A stretch of 63,959 nt of DNA, the filler included, from Octopus bimaculoides (Eukaryota): the NCBI RefSeq assembly GCF_001194135.2. It is 6 parts of 5 records of this genome, joined end to end, with 100 filler letters (N's around TTAATTAATTAA, not from the genome) between each part and the next. Parts side by side here need not be neighbours in the genome. Positions count along the whole stretch, not along the records: positions 1 to 30,686 come from NC_068984.1; positions 30,787 to 50,566 come from NC_068981.1; 4 more parts are not named here. One strand, written 5' to 3'. The position numbers and the translations under genes were made by a program. The notes below the pieces were generated by a model. It searched no databases. It was not told where the DNA came from and worked only from the letters and a program-made list of their open reading frames with translations. Below are positions 25,301 to 37,255 of the stretch, one piece after another (position 1 is the first letter of the stretch; each line of letters opens with the position of its first letter).

Positions 25301-27060
25301 GGAAAGCTTGCAGTTTATGTCAACTATATCCACTCAGAAAGCTATAGTTGTCTTGGGGCTATAGTAGAAGACACTTGCCTGAGGCATCATGCAGTGAGAC
25401 TGACCCTAGAACCATGTGGTTGGGAAGCAAGATNNNNNNNNNNNNNNNNNNNNNNNNNNNNNNNNNNNNNNNNNNNNNNNNNNNNNNNNNNNNNNNNNNN
25501 NNNNNNNNNNNNNNNNNNNNNNNNNNNNNNNNNNNNNNNNNNNNNNNNNNNNNNNNNNNNNNNNNNNNNNNNNNNNNNNNNNNNNNNNNNNNNNNNNNNN
25601 NNNNNNNNNNNNNNNNNNNNNNNNNNNNNNNNNNNNNNNNNNNNNNNNNNNNNNNNNNNNNNNNNNNNNNNNNNNNNNNNNNNNNNNNNNNNNNNNNNNN
25701 NNNNNNNNNNNNNNNNNNNNNNNNNNNNNNNNNNNNNNNNNNNNNNNNNNNNNNNNNNNNNNNNNNNNNNNNNNNNNNNNNNNNNNNNNNNNNNNNNNNN
25801 NNNNNNNNNNNNNNNNNNNNNNNNNNNNNNNNNNNNNNNNNNNNNNNNNNNNNNNNNNNNNNNNNNNNNNNNNNNNNNNNNNNNNNNNNNNNNNNNNNNN
25901 NNAGGGAGAGAGAGAGAGGGAGAGAGAGAGAGGGAGAGAGAGAGAGGGAGCAATATATGAAGTTGCCAAAATTTTACTTTAGGATGTTGATAATTTTGGC
26001 AATGAATTCTAACACATATTTAGTCAGCTCATCAGAAAAATAGTCACGAAATGACCTAAATTCATGATGTTTTGAAAGTATGATGGTTACCTGAAAAGTT
26101 CATAAGCTGACCAAGATACTCTCATGGAATGTCACCAGATGAGGTTTACTTTTCAACATAGCCTCCTCTGCAGTCCACACACTTCTTTCATCAGTGTTGC
26201 AGTGCCTGGAACCCATTAGTGAAGTAGCTTTCATCCTATTGGTCAAAAAAGTTGCCAACAACAGATATGACATCATCATCACTGTGATACTGGTTCACAG
26301 AAAAGTGTTGTTTTTTGTGGTGGGGTTTTTTGCATGCTGGGGAACAGTTGATAGTTAAATGGGAGACAAATCAGGAGAATAGGGAGGGTTTTCAACCAGT
26401 TCAAATCACAGTCATGCACAGCAGTCATTGAAAGCAAGGACTTGTGTGCTGGAGCACATAATCAACCTATGAACTTTTCAGCCTGCCCATGTAGTTGTTT
26501 CATAAATGCTATCTCTTTATATTTCTAAACACTGAATTGAGAATGGTAAACAAAGACAGGTATTGTAATGTCCATTCCTTAACCACTTTTGCTACAGTAT
26601 TTCTGTAGCCTTTGTTTCAATGGATTTTTAAAATAATGAAGAATTTAGTTAAATAACTAAATAAAAGACATAGGTACAAGCAAACCTATATATGCACACA
26701 CAAACACAAACAAACACACACACACACACCCACACACACACACACACACAAATACTAAACACACACATGCATGTGCACATGTGCACACACACACACACGC
26801 ACACACACACAAATGGATGTGCAGGTTAAGGATACACACCACAGACAGAAAGAATGGACTAAACAGAACAGGAGACCCATGGGATGGAGAGTCACTGAAG
26901 AGGTCAAAGGTGGTGTGATGAAAGATTTCAGACAAGGAACATTAAAATAGGAACAATAATAAAACTGAAGTGAAGACCAAGTGTATAGTGCATGTGGTTA
27001 ATTGGTAAAAATATGACCATCCCCAAATATAACAATAACTTTGTCATTATTAAGCTGGTA

Positions 27061-27715
27061 TAAGGTGGCGAGCTGGCAAAATCGTTAGCATGCTGGGTGA
27101 AACACTTAGCAGTATTTCATCTGTCTTCATGTTCTGATTTCAAATTCCGCCAAGGTCGACTTTGCCTTTCATCCTTTCGGGGTCAATAAATTAAGTACCA
27201 GTTACGCACTGGGTTGATGTAATCGTCTCATCCCCTTCTCCCAAATTTCAGGCCTTGTGCCTATAGTAGAAAGGATTATTAAGGCGGTAAGCTGGTGAGC
27301 TGCCGCTATGTTCTGAGTTCAAATTCCACCGAGGTCGACTTTGCCTTTCATCCTTTCAGGATTGATAAATTAAGTACCAGTTACGCACTGGGATCGATGT
27401 AATCGACTTAATCCCTTTGTCTGTCCTTGTTTGTCCCCTCTATGTTTAGCCCCTTGTGGGCAATAAAGAAATAAGAAAGGATTATTAAGCTGGTATGACG
27501 GTGAGCTGGCAGAAACGTTAGCATGCCGGGTGAAATGCTTAGCGGTATTTTGTCTGTCTTTATGTTCCTGAGTTCAAATTCCACCAAGGTCGACTTTGCC
27601 TTTTATCCTTTTGAGGTCAATAAATGAAGTACCAGTTGCGTACAGGGGTTGATCTAATCGACTGGCTTCCTCCCCCAAAATTTCAGGCCTTGTGCCTTGA
27701 GAAAAAAAGATTATT
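27061..27715 (+). mobile_element. Three head-to-tail SINE family B copies
   Basis: Heads at about 27061, 27278 and 27495, separated by GGATTATTAAG. Two different tail types are present. Confidence 0.85.
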
Positions 27716-28467
27716 AACCTGGTATAAGTCTCTAAGATAGAACAGTTTCTGACAGGTTGGTATCAAATGGATTAAGAGAACAATATGATGACTTCAGAGT
27801 AGTTTAAAAATTAGACAAACTTTTATGGAATCCAGTATCTTAATATAATAATAACTGCAACAGTTTAGTAGTGCAATCTGAAATATTGAAACTGTGAATT
27901 TAGATATGGCTGTGTGATAAGACATTTGCTTCCCAACGTCATAGTTCTAGGTTCAATACTTTTGCATGGTACCTTGGAATAGTGTCTTCCATTATAGCCT
28001 CAGGCTGTTGAGTGTGTGATAATGTCTTTTTGTCTTGGTATTGTATGATAGTTGTAAATAAGCATCATCATCATGCAAGCATTGTCCCTTGTTCCTAATC
28101 TTCCATGAAAGCAAGTCTGATCTTGGGGAAGTATCACCTTATTTGGAAACAGATAAGGGTTAGTAACAAGAAGGGCATCTGGCTATTGAAAACCTGCCTC
28201 AACAAATTCTGTCCAAACCATGCACACATGGAAAAGTGAATGCTAAAACACTGATGATGATGACGATGATGATGCTTTTAAATTAATGTTAACGAAACTA
28301 ACGAAACATGCATAATTCCTTTTATTTATTATTGAAGTTTGTTTAAATACTAAAGATAAATCATGTTCTTTTTCTTTCTTTAAATTTGTTTTGTAAACAA
28401 GCAAAATCTGGCTGACCTGGATATGTTCAAGGTTATACAGTTGATATAAATCAGTTGATTACTGAAA

Positions 28468-28770
28468 TCACCATCATCATCATCATCCTCATCGTTTAAC
28501 GTTCGCTTTCCATGCTGGTATAGGTTGGATGATTTGACTGAGGACTGGTGAACCAGATGGCTGCACCAGGCTCCAATCTGATCTGGCAGAGTTTCTACAG
28601 CTGGATGCCCTTTCTAATGCCAACCACTCTGAGAGTGTAGTGGGTGCTTTTACGTGCCACCAGCACAAGGGCCAGCTACACGGTACTGGCAACGGCCACA
28701 CTCAAAATGGTGTATTTTACATGCCACCTGCACAGGAGCCAGTCCAGTGGCACTGGCAATGACCTCGCTT
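28468..28770 (-). mobile_element. SINE-like family D with (GAT)n tail (RTE-like 3' end)
   Basis: Shared body with 21385-21690, 24261-24420, 54290-54627 and 58915-59203; ends CATGGAAAGCGAACGTTAAAC(GAT)n. Confidence 0.8.
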
Positions 28771-28799
28771 GGTTAAAATTCAGTATTAAACCTATTGTC

Positions 28800-28840
<41 letters not shown>

Positions 28841-28841
<1 letters not shown>

Positions 28842-29056
28842 GAGGCAATGGGTTGGCAAAATTGTTAGCAAACTGGAGAAAATGCTTAGTGCTATTTCAT
28901 TTGTTTTTACATTCTGAATTCAAATTCTGTCAAGGTCAACTTTGCTTTTCATCCTTTTTTGGGTCAATAAGATAAGTAGCAGTTGAGCACTTAGTTTGAT
29001 ATAGTTGATTTATTCCCTTTCTGAAATTATTGGCCTTGTTCCATAATTTAAACCCA
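28841..29056 (+). mobile_element. SINE family B, diverged, between (ATT)n tracts
   Basis: Degenerate family B core with the GGCCTTGT tail. Confidence 0.7.
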
Positions 29057-29076
29057 TTATTTATTATTATTATTAG

Positions 29077-29579
29077 GTTGTTTTTTTTCTTCTTTCTTCA
29101 AATTTTCTTCCATTTCTCGCCGAGTGTTTTCCGTACACCTAGGGCAGAGAAGCTCATTGTATGCATTCCCAGTTTACACATGCAAATTCACAGGTAAAAT
29201 ATGTATTTAAAAAAAATTAATAAATAAATAAATTCATGAATGGATGTTGTTTTCACAGCGATAATTCTCTTCTCAGTACATGAGCCATTCCAGTTAACAC
29301 AAGTTTTTGCACTTCCTGTAGGGATGGTAAGCCTGGTATCATCTTCAAATAGGTTTCAGGACCTTTTTTTTTATCATTCCTAGAGACCTTACAATCACTG
29401 GTACGGTAGTCGCCTTGAGATGCCACATTTTTTCAATTTCTATTAGAAAGTCTTTATATTTACTGATCTTGTCAAATTCTTTCGCCGCTATATNNNNNNN
29501 NNNAGAAAGTCTTTATATTTACTGATCTTGTCAAATTCTTTCGCCGCTATATTGTGATCGCAAGGAATACTCATGTCAA

Positions 29580-29580
<1 letters not shown>
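29077..29580 (-). mobile_element. 3' fragment of an RLE-type non-LTR retrotransposon (R4/Dong-like)
   Basis: IDMSIPCDHNIAAKEFDKISKYKDFLIEIEKMWHLKATTVPVIVRSLGMIKK...LQEVQKLVLTGMAHVLRR is a restriction-like endonuclease tail. Both ends abut (TAA)n tracts. Confidence 0.82.
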
Positions 29581-29610
<30 letters not shown>

Positions 29611-30288
29611 TATTATTAAGGCGAAGAGCGCAATATGATTGCAGTAGATATTTTATTGGTTGAATGATACTTCAATAGCAAGCTTGTCTTTGTTGAGATG
29701 TTCAAAATGAAAAGTGATAAAAATTCAAAATTATAGAAATTCAAATCTAAAATATGAACGAGAACAACTAGTGTCCACACATTGATGGAATGACATCATC
29801 AGTCTTCAAATTTCAATTTTATAACTGGCAAAAAAAAGACAGAAAAAAGTGAAAAAAAGGAAAGCAAAGAAAAGAGAAAAGGAAAAAGAAGAATACTTAA
29901 TCAAACAGTTTTGGGTAAATTTGATGGAATTCTCCTGTCATTTTATTCATTCCACCAGGGCATGATGTTAACCTGCAAGCATATTTTTCCTCATGCATTT
30001 TGTATATTGAAAGTGTATCAGATTCAGAATATTTTCTGAGAATATGCACTTTCAAGTCTTTTTCAAAATTGCAGCTGTATGAACATGTAAATGAAATGGA
30101 CATGTGTGTGTGAGAGAGAGTGAGAGAAAGAGTGAGAGAGAGAGAGGGAGAAAGAGAAAGAGAGTGCCACTTACAATTACATGAGAACACACACACACAC
30201 TCTCTCTCTCTCTCTCTCACACACACATGCACACGTACATACAAAGAAGATTGTAAATCTGATCAATGTAATATGTTTAATTTTTCAG

Positions 30289-30396
30289 ACATGTATGTCC
30301 GTGATTTAGAAACAAAAATCACATCAGGTACAGCAGACCCTGAAATTGTAAATGAAACTCCAGCAACAGCATTGGTCGAAGGAAACAATATTCTTG
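30289..30396 (+). CDS. Ldh_2/YjmC-like oxidoreductase, coding exon 2
   Basis: Acceptor tttttcag|AC. Exon 1 G + AC gives GAC (D) in frame: ...NRLDMYVRDLETKITSGTADPEIVNETPATALVEGNNIL(G), matching the family pattern P-x-I-x-x-E-x-x-A-x-A-x-V-D-G-N-N-x-L-G. Likely donor G|GTTGGT at 30397. No later exons were recognised in the window. Confidence 0.88.
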
Positions 30397-30686
30397 GTTG
30401 GTTTAGTTATTTTTATTTCTTTGTGTTTCTGTCTGGTAATTTGGGAAAGTCATTGCTACTACTACTACTACCACTACTACTGTCATTCATCATCATCAAC
30501 ATCACCATCAATATCATCGTCATTCACTATCAGCCGCATCCCTATATCACATCTATCACATATATTACCATCGCTGTCATCAAGACGATGATCACTGTCG
30601 TTAATACTGTCGTCATCATTACCATCATTGTCATCATCATCACCACCACCACCATCAACACCACCACCACTAGAACCACCACCACC

Positions 30687-30786
30687 NNNNNNNNNNNNNN
30701 NNNNNNNNNNNNNNNNNNNNNNNNNNNNNNTTAATTAATTAANNNNNNNNNNNNNNNNNNNNNNNNNNNNNNNNNNNNNNNNNNNN
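30687..30786. other. Artificial scaffold-join spacer N44-TTAATTAATTAA-N44
   Basis: An identical 100-nt cassette occurs at 30687, 50567, 56479, about 60298 and 62402. The 12-mer has stops in all six frames. Confidence 0.95.
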
Positions 30787-33025
30787 AGGCATACCTCGAC
30801 TTAAGTCGTTTTAATATATGAAAAAATAAAAATCAAGTTGAATCATTTTACTCGATTTTACGTCTGTCCGCCACAAATACTGGAATCGTAAAATCACTAG
30901 AAAACCGTTAAAAGCACATAAAATCATGTTACTGTACAATAAATAAGAATAAAAGCATATAAAATCATATTAAAATACGTACAGTAAATGTTAAGATACA
31001 CACCATTAAGTAGTGTAGCTTAGTGAACAAAAGTATGTAATCAGCTATGTTGTCTAATTTATCGGTCTTTCGGAGCTCATATTGCATTGTAGTTACAATA
31101 TCTACCGTTAGGTGTCGTTGTCACTCGTGATTCCCGCGATTGTTTTGAGTTCAGATTTGCTTACGTCTGTTTATCGGCTACTTTCTCATTCTCATTCATT
31201 TGTGACTATTTTTTGCCCCCATGGCTCCTAAGAAAATTCATAGTGAAAGTGCTATAACGCTGGAAGATAAACTGGCTATGATAAAACGCCATGAAAAAGG
31301 TAAAACAGTGGTAGCAATTACACGATCTTTTGAGATGAGACGGACAATTGTATCGACGATTGTATATAATAAGGATAAGATTTTAGCACATATCAAATGT
31401 GAAGCCCGAGGGATGAATAACATTGTCATCAATAAGAAAAGAGGCAAAATCTTTGGATTGTTAGGTTGAATCGTCAGCATGCTACTTACTATTGGTCAAT
31501 AAATCATTCAAGAGAAAGCGTTGTCTTTGTTTGAGGACCTGAAGAAAAAATATTCAGATGACAAAGATGTAGAGTTGAAGGCAAGTCAAGTATGGTTCAT
31601 AAGATTTAAGGAGCGAAGAAGTTATCAGTCCATTAAGAAGCAAGGTGAAAATACATCTGCTGACGAAAAAGCAGGAGCGGAATGTCCTAATGTATTAAAG
31701 AAAATCATCGAAGAAAACTGGTTTCTTCCCGAACAGATTTTTAACGTAGGCGAATCTGGAAAGAATCGCTAGACCGTTCATTCATTTCCAAGGAGGAGAA
31801 AACTATTCCAGCCTACAAGGTCTCAAAAGAACGTGTGACCATTATGTTGGGAGGTAATTGTGCAGGAGAATTTTAAGTTAAAGCCATTACTTATGTATCA
31901 TGCACACAACTATTGTATGGATGACTAATTCAAAAGCATGTGTTACTGTTGTTGTTTTTGAAGATTGTTTCTTCAATCATTTTATCCTAGCAGCAGAGAG
32001 GTACTGTAAGGAGAAGGGAATTCCTTTTAAGGTTTTACTTATCTTAGATAATGCACCTGGCCACCCGCAAAACATCGTAGATTTTGACCCCAACGTTACC
32101 GTCGTATACCTCGCTCCCAACACCACGTCTCTTCTGCAAGCAATGGATCAGGGAATAATTGCTATCTTCAAGCGTTACTATGTGAAGCGTACACTGCGGC
32201 GAGCAATATCTACAACTGATCTTGATGAGTTCATCACATTTCGTGACTTTTGGAAGATATACGATATCTACAAGGTCGTACAGAACATAGCAGTGGCATG
32301 GAATGATGTACAGAGCACGGCTATGAATGGTGTATGGAAGAAGCTTTGCCCGCAATTCGTGAATGATTTTAAGGGGTTTGATGTTGCCATCAACAAAACG
32401 TTGGTGACTACGAGCAAAGAACTGGAAATGAATTTGGAGGAGGAGGATTTGAGAGAGTTTGAGAGAGCTTCACGGGCAGCAAAATAAAGAAGGAGATGAG
32501 GTCGAACTTGAGCCTCGTCACTTTACCATTAAGAAAATGCAGCAAGCATTTACATATATCGAAAAGGTTCTTTCTATGTTCGAGCATATGGATCCAATTG
32601 CTCAACGCTTTTACAAGATTATGGGGGCTTGTCACGAAGCTTTTTCTCCTTATAATGTAATCCTTCAGGAAAAGAAGAAGACAGTTCAAGGAACTCTCAA
32701 CCGGTTTTCTAAGCGCATCGAACAACAAGAACAGCCAGAATCAGCTGTTCATGTTGATGATCCGCGATGTAAACCACTAAATTGTATGTACGTATTGGTA
32801 AATTTAAAATAATTTAGTTTTTTTACTATTGCAAAATAATGATAATTACTGGATTTGTTTTTTAAGCTTAAAAGAGGTTTTTTTTTAACTGTGTATTATA
32901 GAAAATGCATTCATAAATAAAGTACAGAACTGGAAATGGTTATTATCGGTTTAGCCTAGAGACAAGATAATTCGATTTAAGTCGTGTCTCCTGGAACCAA
33001 TTAACGACGTAGGGTGAGGTATGCC

Positions 33026-33026
<1 letters not shown>
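30787..33026 (+). mobile_element. Tigger/pogo-like DNA transposon, near full length, disrupted transposase
   Basis: TIRs AGGCATACCTC (30787) and GAGGTATGCCT (33016-33026), the latter followed by a TA run. It has an N-terminal HTH (ITLEDKLAMIKRHEKG) and DDE_1 motifs LLILDNAPGHP and PNTTSLLQAMDQGII, split over 4 ORFs by stops and frameshifts. Confidence 0.92.
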
Positions 33027-33061
<35 letters not shown>

Positions 33062-34012
33062 TATGGAAACTTATGTATCATATATATATATATATATGGA
33101 AATTGATCCGACGTTTCAGTTAAGTTATACATACATACATACATACATACATACATACATACATACATACATACATACACGTCGGCGATTTCAATTCGGT
33201 TTTAGAATTTCGAGGGGAAAGCAATCATAGTAGAGAGAGGAGAAGTATATATCTTTCGGGTATGTTTTCCGGATGAAGTTTCTGGTATTTTGAATTATAA
33301 CAGATATTATTACATATCTGACCTAAATGAAGAAAAAATTACACATATTTTTAGTAACAAAACACGATTATCCTCGCTAAAAATAAAATCCGATTGCAGT
33401 GACATTTCCTCAATAAAGCTTCCATATCGCAGGTTTGCTGTGAATTACCTACCTATAAGGACAATATCTTGTAGACGTTCTCAATCAGATGCATGATCAC
33501 TGACAGAAAAGATAGTTCCAGTTTCAATGAACTTTAAGAAGCAAACAACATTATCTTCCTGTACAGAATTTGATAAGCGCATAATGTTTTACTCTCACAT
33601 TTTTATTATTTACACTTTTGTCTGAGACAAATCAAAAGAAAAAAAATTCTTTCTCGTTTTAGTTTAATTACTTTTCTTCCCACTCATATATACACGAGAA
33701 AGGTCATGACCTCCCAACAAATTTACCCAACATAAAAGTTACAATAAATCATTACAAAATGAATAATAAAAATAAACTGATGCACCAATGATGATTCTTA
33801 AATGATATGCCATAATGAACACTTTCCACCACTTTGTTTCATAATGATGAACGGACAAATGCTCCCAATACCCACTTATAACATGAAGAGGAATGGTTTC
33901 AAAGTGTTTCATTTGTTATTTTCACTATTTTAAATGTGTCTTAAGAAATTACCATTTCTCATTTTATGCCCATTAAATCTCAAATAAGGAAAATAGACCC
34001 AACCCATGCCTT

Positions 34013-35335
34013 TCAAATAGGAAAGCACAGATTCATCAGTTTCGTCCGTCTTGTGAGAGTAATGTTGCCGTCTGCTTGGCGACTAGTCTTTAGTGAAGCG
34101 CATATGGTTGAACCAGCTCCATAATGGATCTTCCCAAAGCGGCGACTCAACAACCGTAAATTGTAATTGCCATCCCTGTGGCGGTGACCCTCGAAGTTTC
34201 CGGCCTTTGTGGTTTGATGAAGAGCTAGGACGGTGTCCGATGCATCTATCAAATTGTGTTTCTGTTTGCGAGCATTTAATACTAACCAGTTATCGTATGC
34301 TCTTCGACCAATGACTACGTCCGGTATAGTATTCCAAGGATAACTGTATGACGTAATGAAATAGTCTTCAGCATTTCGAAGAAAATGTTTTCCGCGCCTT
34401 TTAGCAGTGCTCTTCATTGCACTCCAGGTAATTACTTCGTGAGGCATGACATTTAATACGTTAGTCCGAATTCCCATAATTAATAAAGGTTTACTGAGAT
34501 CTTGAGTTTTAGCCGTAAACCAAAGTGCTTGTAAAAGACTATCATCGAATAAAATATCTGCATTTGAATAAGCATAAAATAACGTTGAAAACTTAGACAT
34601 AGCCTCTTTATACATATCTTTCAGAACTGGAGCACCACCAGCGGCTATTCGCCGAATTGGTAATGCTTTCCAGCCATCTGACTCACACTGTTTAATCAAG
34701 TAATTATCACTGCTGAATACTATCGGAGCCGGAACAAAAGGTATTAGCTTTTTCCAGTTTTTCAGAGTATTATTGTAGGCTATGAATTTTGCTTTCATAA
34801 CTTTCATTGTTGTAAAAAGTGTTAGCAAAGGTAAGGTTTTATTTAAATTTAACAATGTACGATATTCTTCAAATGAAGATATATTTTTTATATCAATTAA
34901 TTGTTCTAACATATTATTTACTGGGTCTTCTGTTGTATTCTCTTTACTAGAGGATAGGTTCGACTTGTCGTCATCGATCATACCTGGACGTACTTTTGCT
35001 TCATTAGTAGATTCATTAGGCGCTTGATATTTTAACCTGGTTGATATTGATGTGACGTTATTACTCAAAGTATGGTTAGAGATGGATGATGGTGTCACAA
35101 GGTATCGCAATAAAGTGTTGTTGTCGCCGTTTGATTTAAGGACATTAGATAAGACATGTCGATCAAACGGCGAGTTTTTATTCATAACATGAATAAGAGA
35201 CCGGAACAGGTGAGGGTGACCGAACACGGAGTTGACATTTTGATACAAATAGAAGTAAATTGTAACTAAACACATGAACGAAACTGCTATCTTCCAGTTG
35301 AAAATTCGTTTGTTGAAGCACCGACAAAATGCCAT
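34013..35335 (-). CDS. Uncharacterised 440-aa type II membrane protein, putative nucleotide-diphospho-sugar transferase (GT-A-like)
   Basis: Uninterrupted ORF. The track start at 35395 is GTG; the first ATG is 35335 (AAGATGG context), with an in-frame upstream TAG at 35416-35414. It has a short basic N-tail, a hydrophobic anchor (IAVSFMCLVTIYFYLY), an S/T/N-rich stem with many N-x-S/T sequons, then a globular domain with YAYSNADILF, EDYF and GRRAYDNWLV motifs. The function is inferred. Confidence 0.85.
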   Translation of the reverse strand: MAFCRCFNKRIFNWKIAVSFMCLVTIYFYLYQNVNSVFGHPHLFRSLIHVMNKNSPFDRHVLSNVLKSNGDNNTLLRYLVTPSSISNHTLSNNVTSISTRLKYQAPNESTNEAKVRPGMIDDDKSNLSSSKENTTEDPVNNMLEQLIDIKNISSFEEYRTLLNLNKTLPLLTLFTTMKVMKAKFIAYNNTLKNWKKLIPFVPAPIVFSSDNYLIKQCESDGWKALPIRRIAAGGAPVLKDMYKEAMSKFSTLFYAYSNADILFDDSLLQALWFTAKTQDLSKPLLIMGIRTNVLNVMPHEVITWSAMKSTAKRRGKHFLRNAEDYFITSYSYPWNTIPDVVIGRRAYDNWLVLNARKQKHNLIDASDTVLALHQTTKAGNFEGHRHRDGNYNLRLLSRRFGKIHYGAGSTICASLKTSRQADGNITLTRRTKLMNLCFPI

Positions 35336-35512
35336 CTTGAAAGACACAAAACATATAGAGTTTATTGCTTTCCGAAGGCAACGTATAGGATCCACACAAG
35401 CAGTCAGATTTTCCTACACTGTTATTTGTAGATATGGTTGTAAGGAATCAGTGGATGACAGCACTTTATTTGAGCTTGGGCCAAAGATGGATGAGATCGT
35501 CGTCCAAACAAC

Positions 35513-35535
35513 CTAGAAAAAATGAAACAAAATAA
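35513..35535 (-). promoter_or_regulatory. Probable 3' splice acceptor of a 5'-UTR intron of the 440-aa gene
   Basis: Minus strand reads cttattttgtttcatttttttctag|gttgtttgg: a polypyrimidine tract plus AG about 180 nt upstream of the ATG. Confidence 0.55.
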
Positions 35536-36132
35536 GTACGATTAAAGATGTCAAGAAACAAAAAGAAGTGAAGCAAAATATTAGCTACAAGTGAATAATA
35601 TAGAGCATGTTTTTGATAGAAATCCTAAGAATTAAGATCTATGCAAGTAAATAAAATCAGAACGAAACTAAAATACGTAAAATTTTTATTAAGTTAATGA
35701 CTGATATGAGCCACATACAATTCAGTTGCTTTTCATGTGAAAAGTACATGGCTCGCTGTTTTACGAAAAGAATATTTCGCTTCGTCGAAATATAGTTATA
35801 TATTCAACAAAGTAAGTAAAAAGGGAAAGTTACATATATTGGAAATAAAATACGTGGTGATTTTTACCTTTGTATACATACATGATGATTTTTACCTTTG
35901 TATAGATACATGATGATTGATTCATGTTAGATGATAGCCGTTTCACATTCAGCCCGATTGTTCTAATTTTCTTTCATCCCTGAATATGCATGGATATGAC
36001 TTTTCACGCCACATATCCTACATCATAGAACTTTATGAAATACAAAAGGGATCAAGTAATAAAATGATAGTGAGACACCTGTACGTCATTGGAGTTAAGT
36101 GACAAAAGCTTGTAGAATACTTTTACCACTTT

Positions 36133-36365
36133 CTTATTTCTTTATTGCCTACAAGGGGCTAAACATAGAGGGGACAAACAAGGACAGACAAAGGGATTAA
36201 GTCGATTACATCGACCCTAGTGCGTAACTGGTACTTAATTTATCGACCCCGAAAGGATGAAAGGCAAAGTTAACCTCGGCGGAATTTGAACTCAGAACGT
36301 AACAGCAGACGAAATACCGCTAAGCATTTCGCCCGGTGCGCTAACGTTTCTGCCAGCTCGCTGCC
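36133..36365 (-). mobile_element. SINE family B
   Basis: Near-consensus reverse complement. Confidence 0.88.
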
Positions 36366-36653
36366 TTTTACTTTTACCACTTTCTTGTCTGCTATAATAG
36401 GTTCCAGTGACAAGCATTGCAAGATGAGTGGTATTATCTTGACCGTAAGTTTTATGTCACAGTATCTTTCACCTGAAGAACTACCTTCCTTACAGCTTTG
36501 TCAAAATAAAAGAAGCCTCCTCTAACCCAAGGAAATCTATTTTATGAAAGATGAGACCGGAGACAGAATGGCGCTGGGAATAATGGTAATAATTAATAGG
36601 TAACTCTACGCTCCCCGCAACTCCTGAACTCCAGAACAGGAACCCCGCCACAA

Positions 36654-36809
36654 TTTAATGACATATTCTGATACAGTTTAATGACATATTCGGATACAGT
36701 TTAATGACATACGCAGGATATGTCTTGGGTAAACATACATACATATATACATACATATATACATACAGAGACAGACAGACAGACCGACAGACAGACAGAC
36801 AGACAGACC

Positions 36810-36860
<51 letters not shown>
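36654..36860. repeat. 23-bp tandem repeat (about 2.7 units) followed by (CATA)n and (CAGA)n
   Basis: TTAATGACATATTC(T/G)GATACAGT repeated, then simple repeats. Confidence 0.88.
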
Positions 36861-36863
<3 letters not shown>

Positions 36864-37255
36864 AGGAAAGAGAGACAGACAAGCAGCATTATACACATGC
36901 TTTCAAGCCCGAGTATTCTATCAGTACCAGCCATCGATATGTAATTAAATTATATCATTCATCATAGCCGATTGAAATTTTCGATTTTCTTTCATTTCAC
37001 TTCAGTCATTGTGAGGTAGACCAGACGCTAAAATAGCTTCTATGTTAGTTTTATTTTGAATAATTTGATAAATATTTTCGCAATTGAATAGTAACGTTTC
37101 AAACATCAAATATGAAAATCGAGTTGTCTAGAAATGAAAATGAAATTATTAAATTTATTTCAAAATGGAAGAGTTCACCAGAAAGTGTGAAAAAGTTTAA
37201 TGTAAATGAAACACCTGTTAGAACAATTAAAAGCGTTTCATAACCAATATATTTA

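Noticed and set aside
26100-26282. Possible transposase remnant (also 58162-58560)
   Set aside because: Too short and degenerate to assign by eye.
30397-35395. The 440-aa gene as a nested antisense gene in Ldh_2 intron 2
   Set aside because: An artificial join at 30687-30786 separates them and no later Ldh_2 exon was found, so nesting is unsupported.
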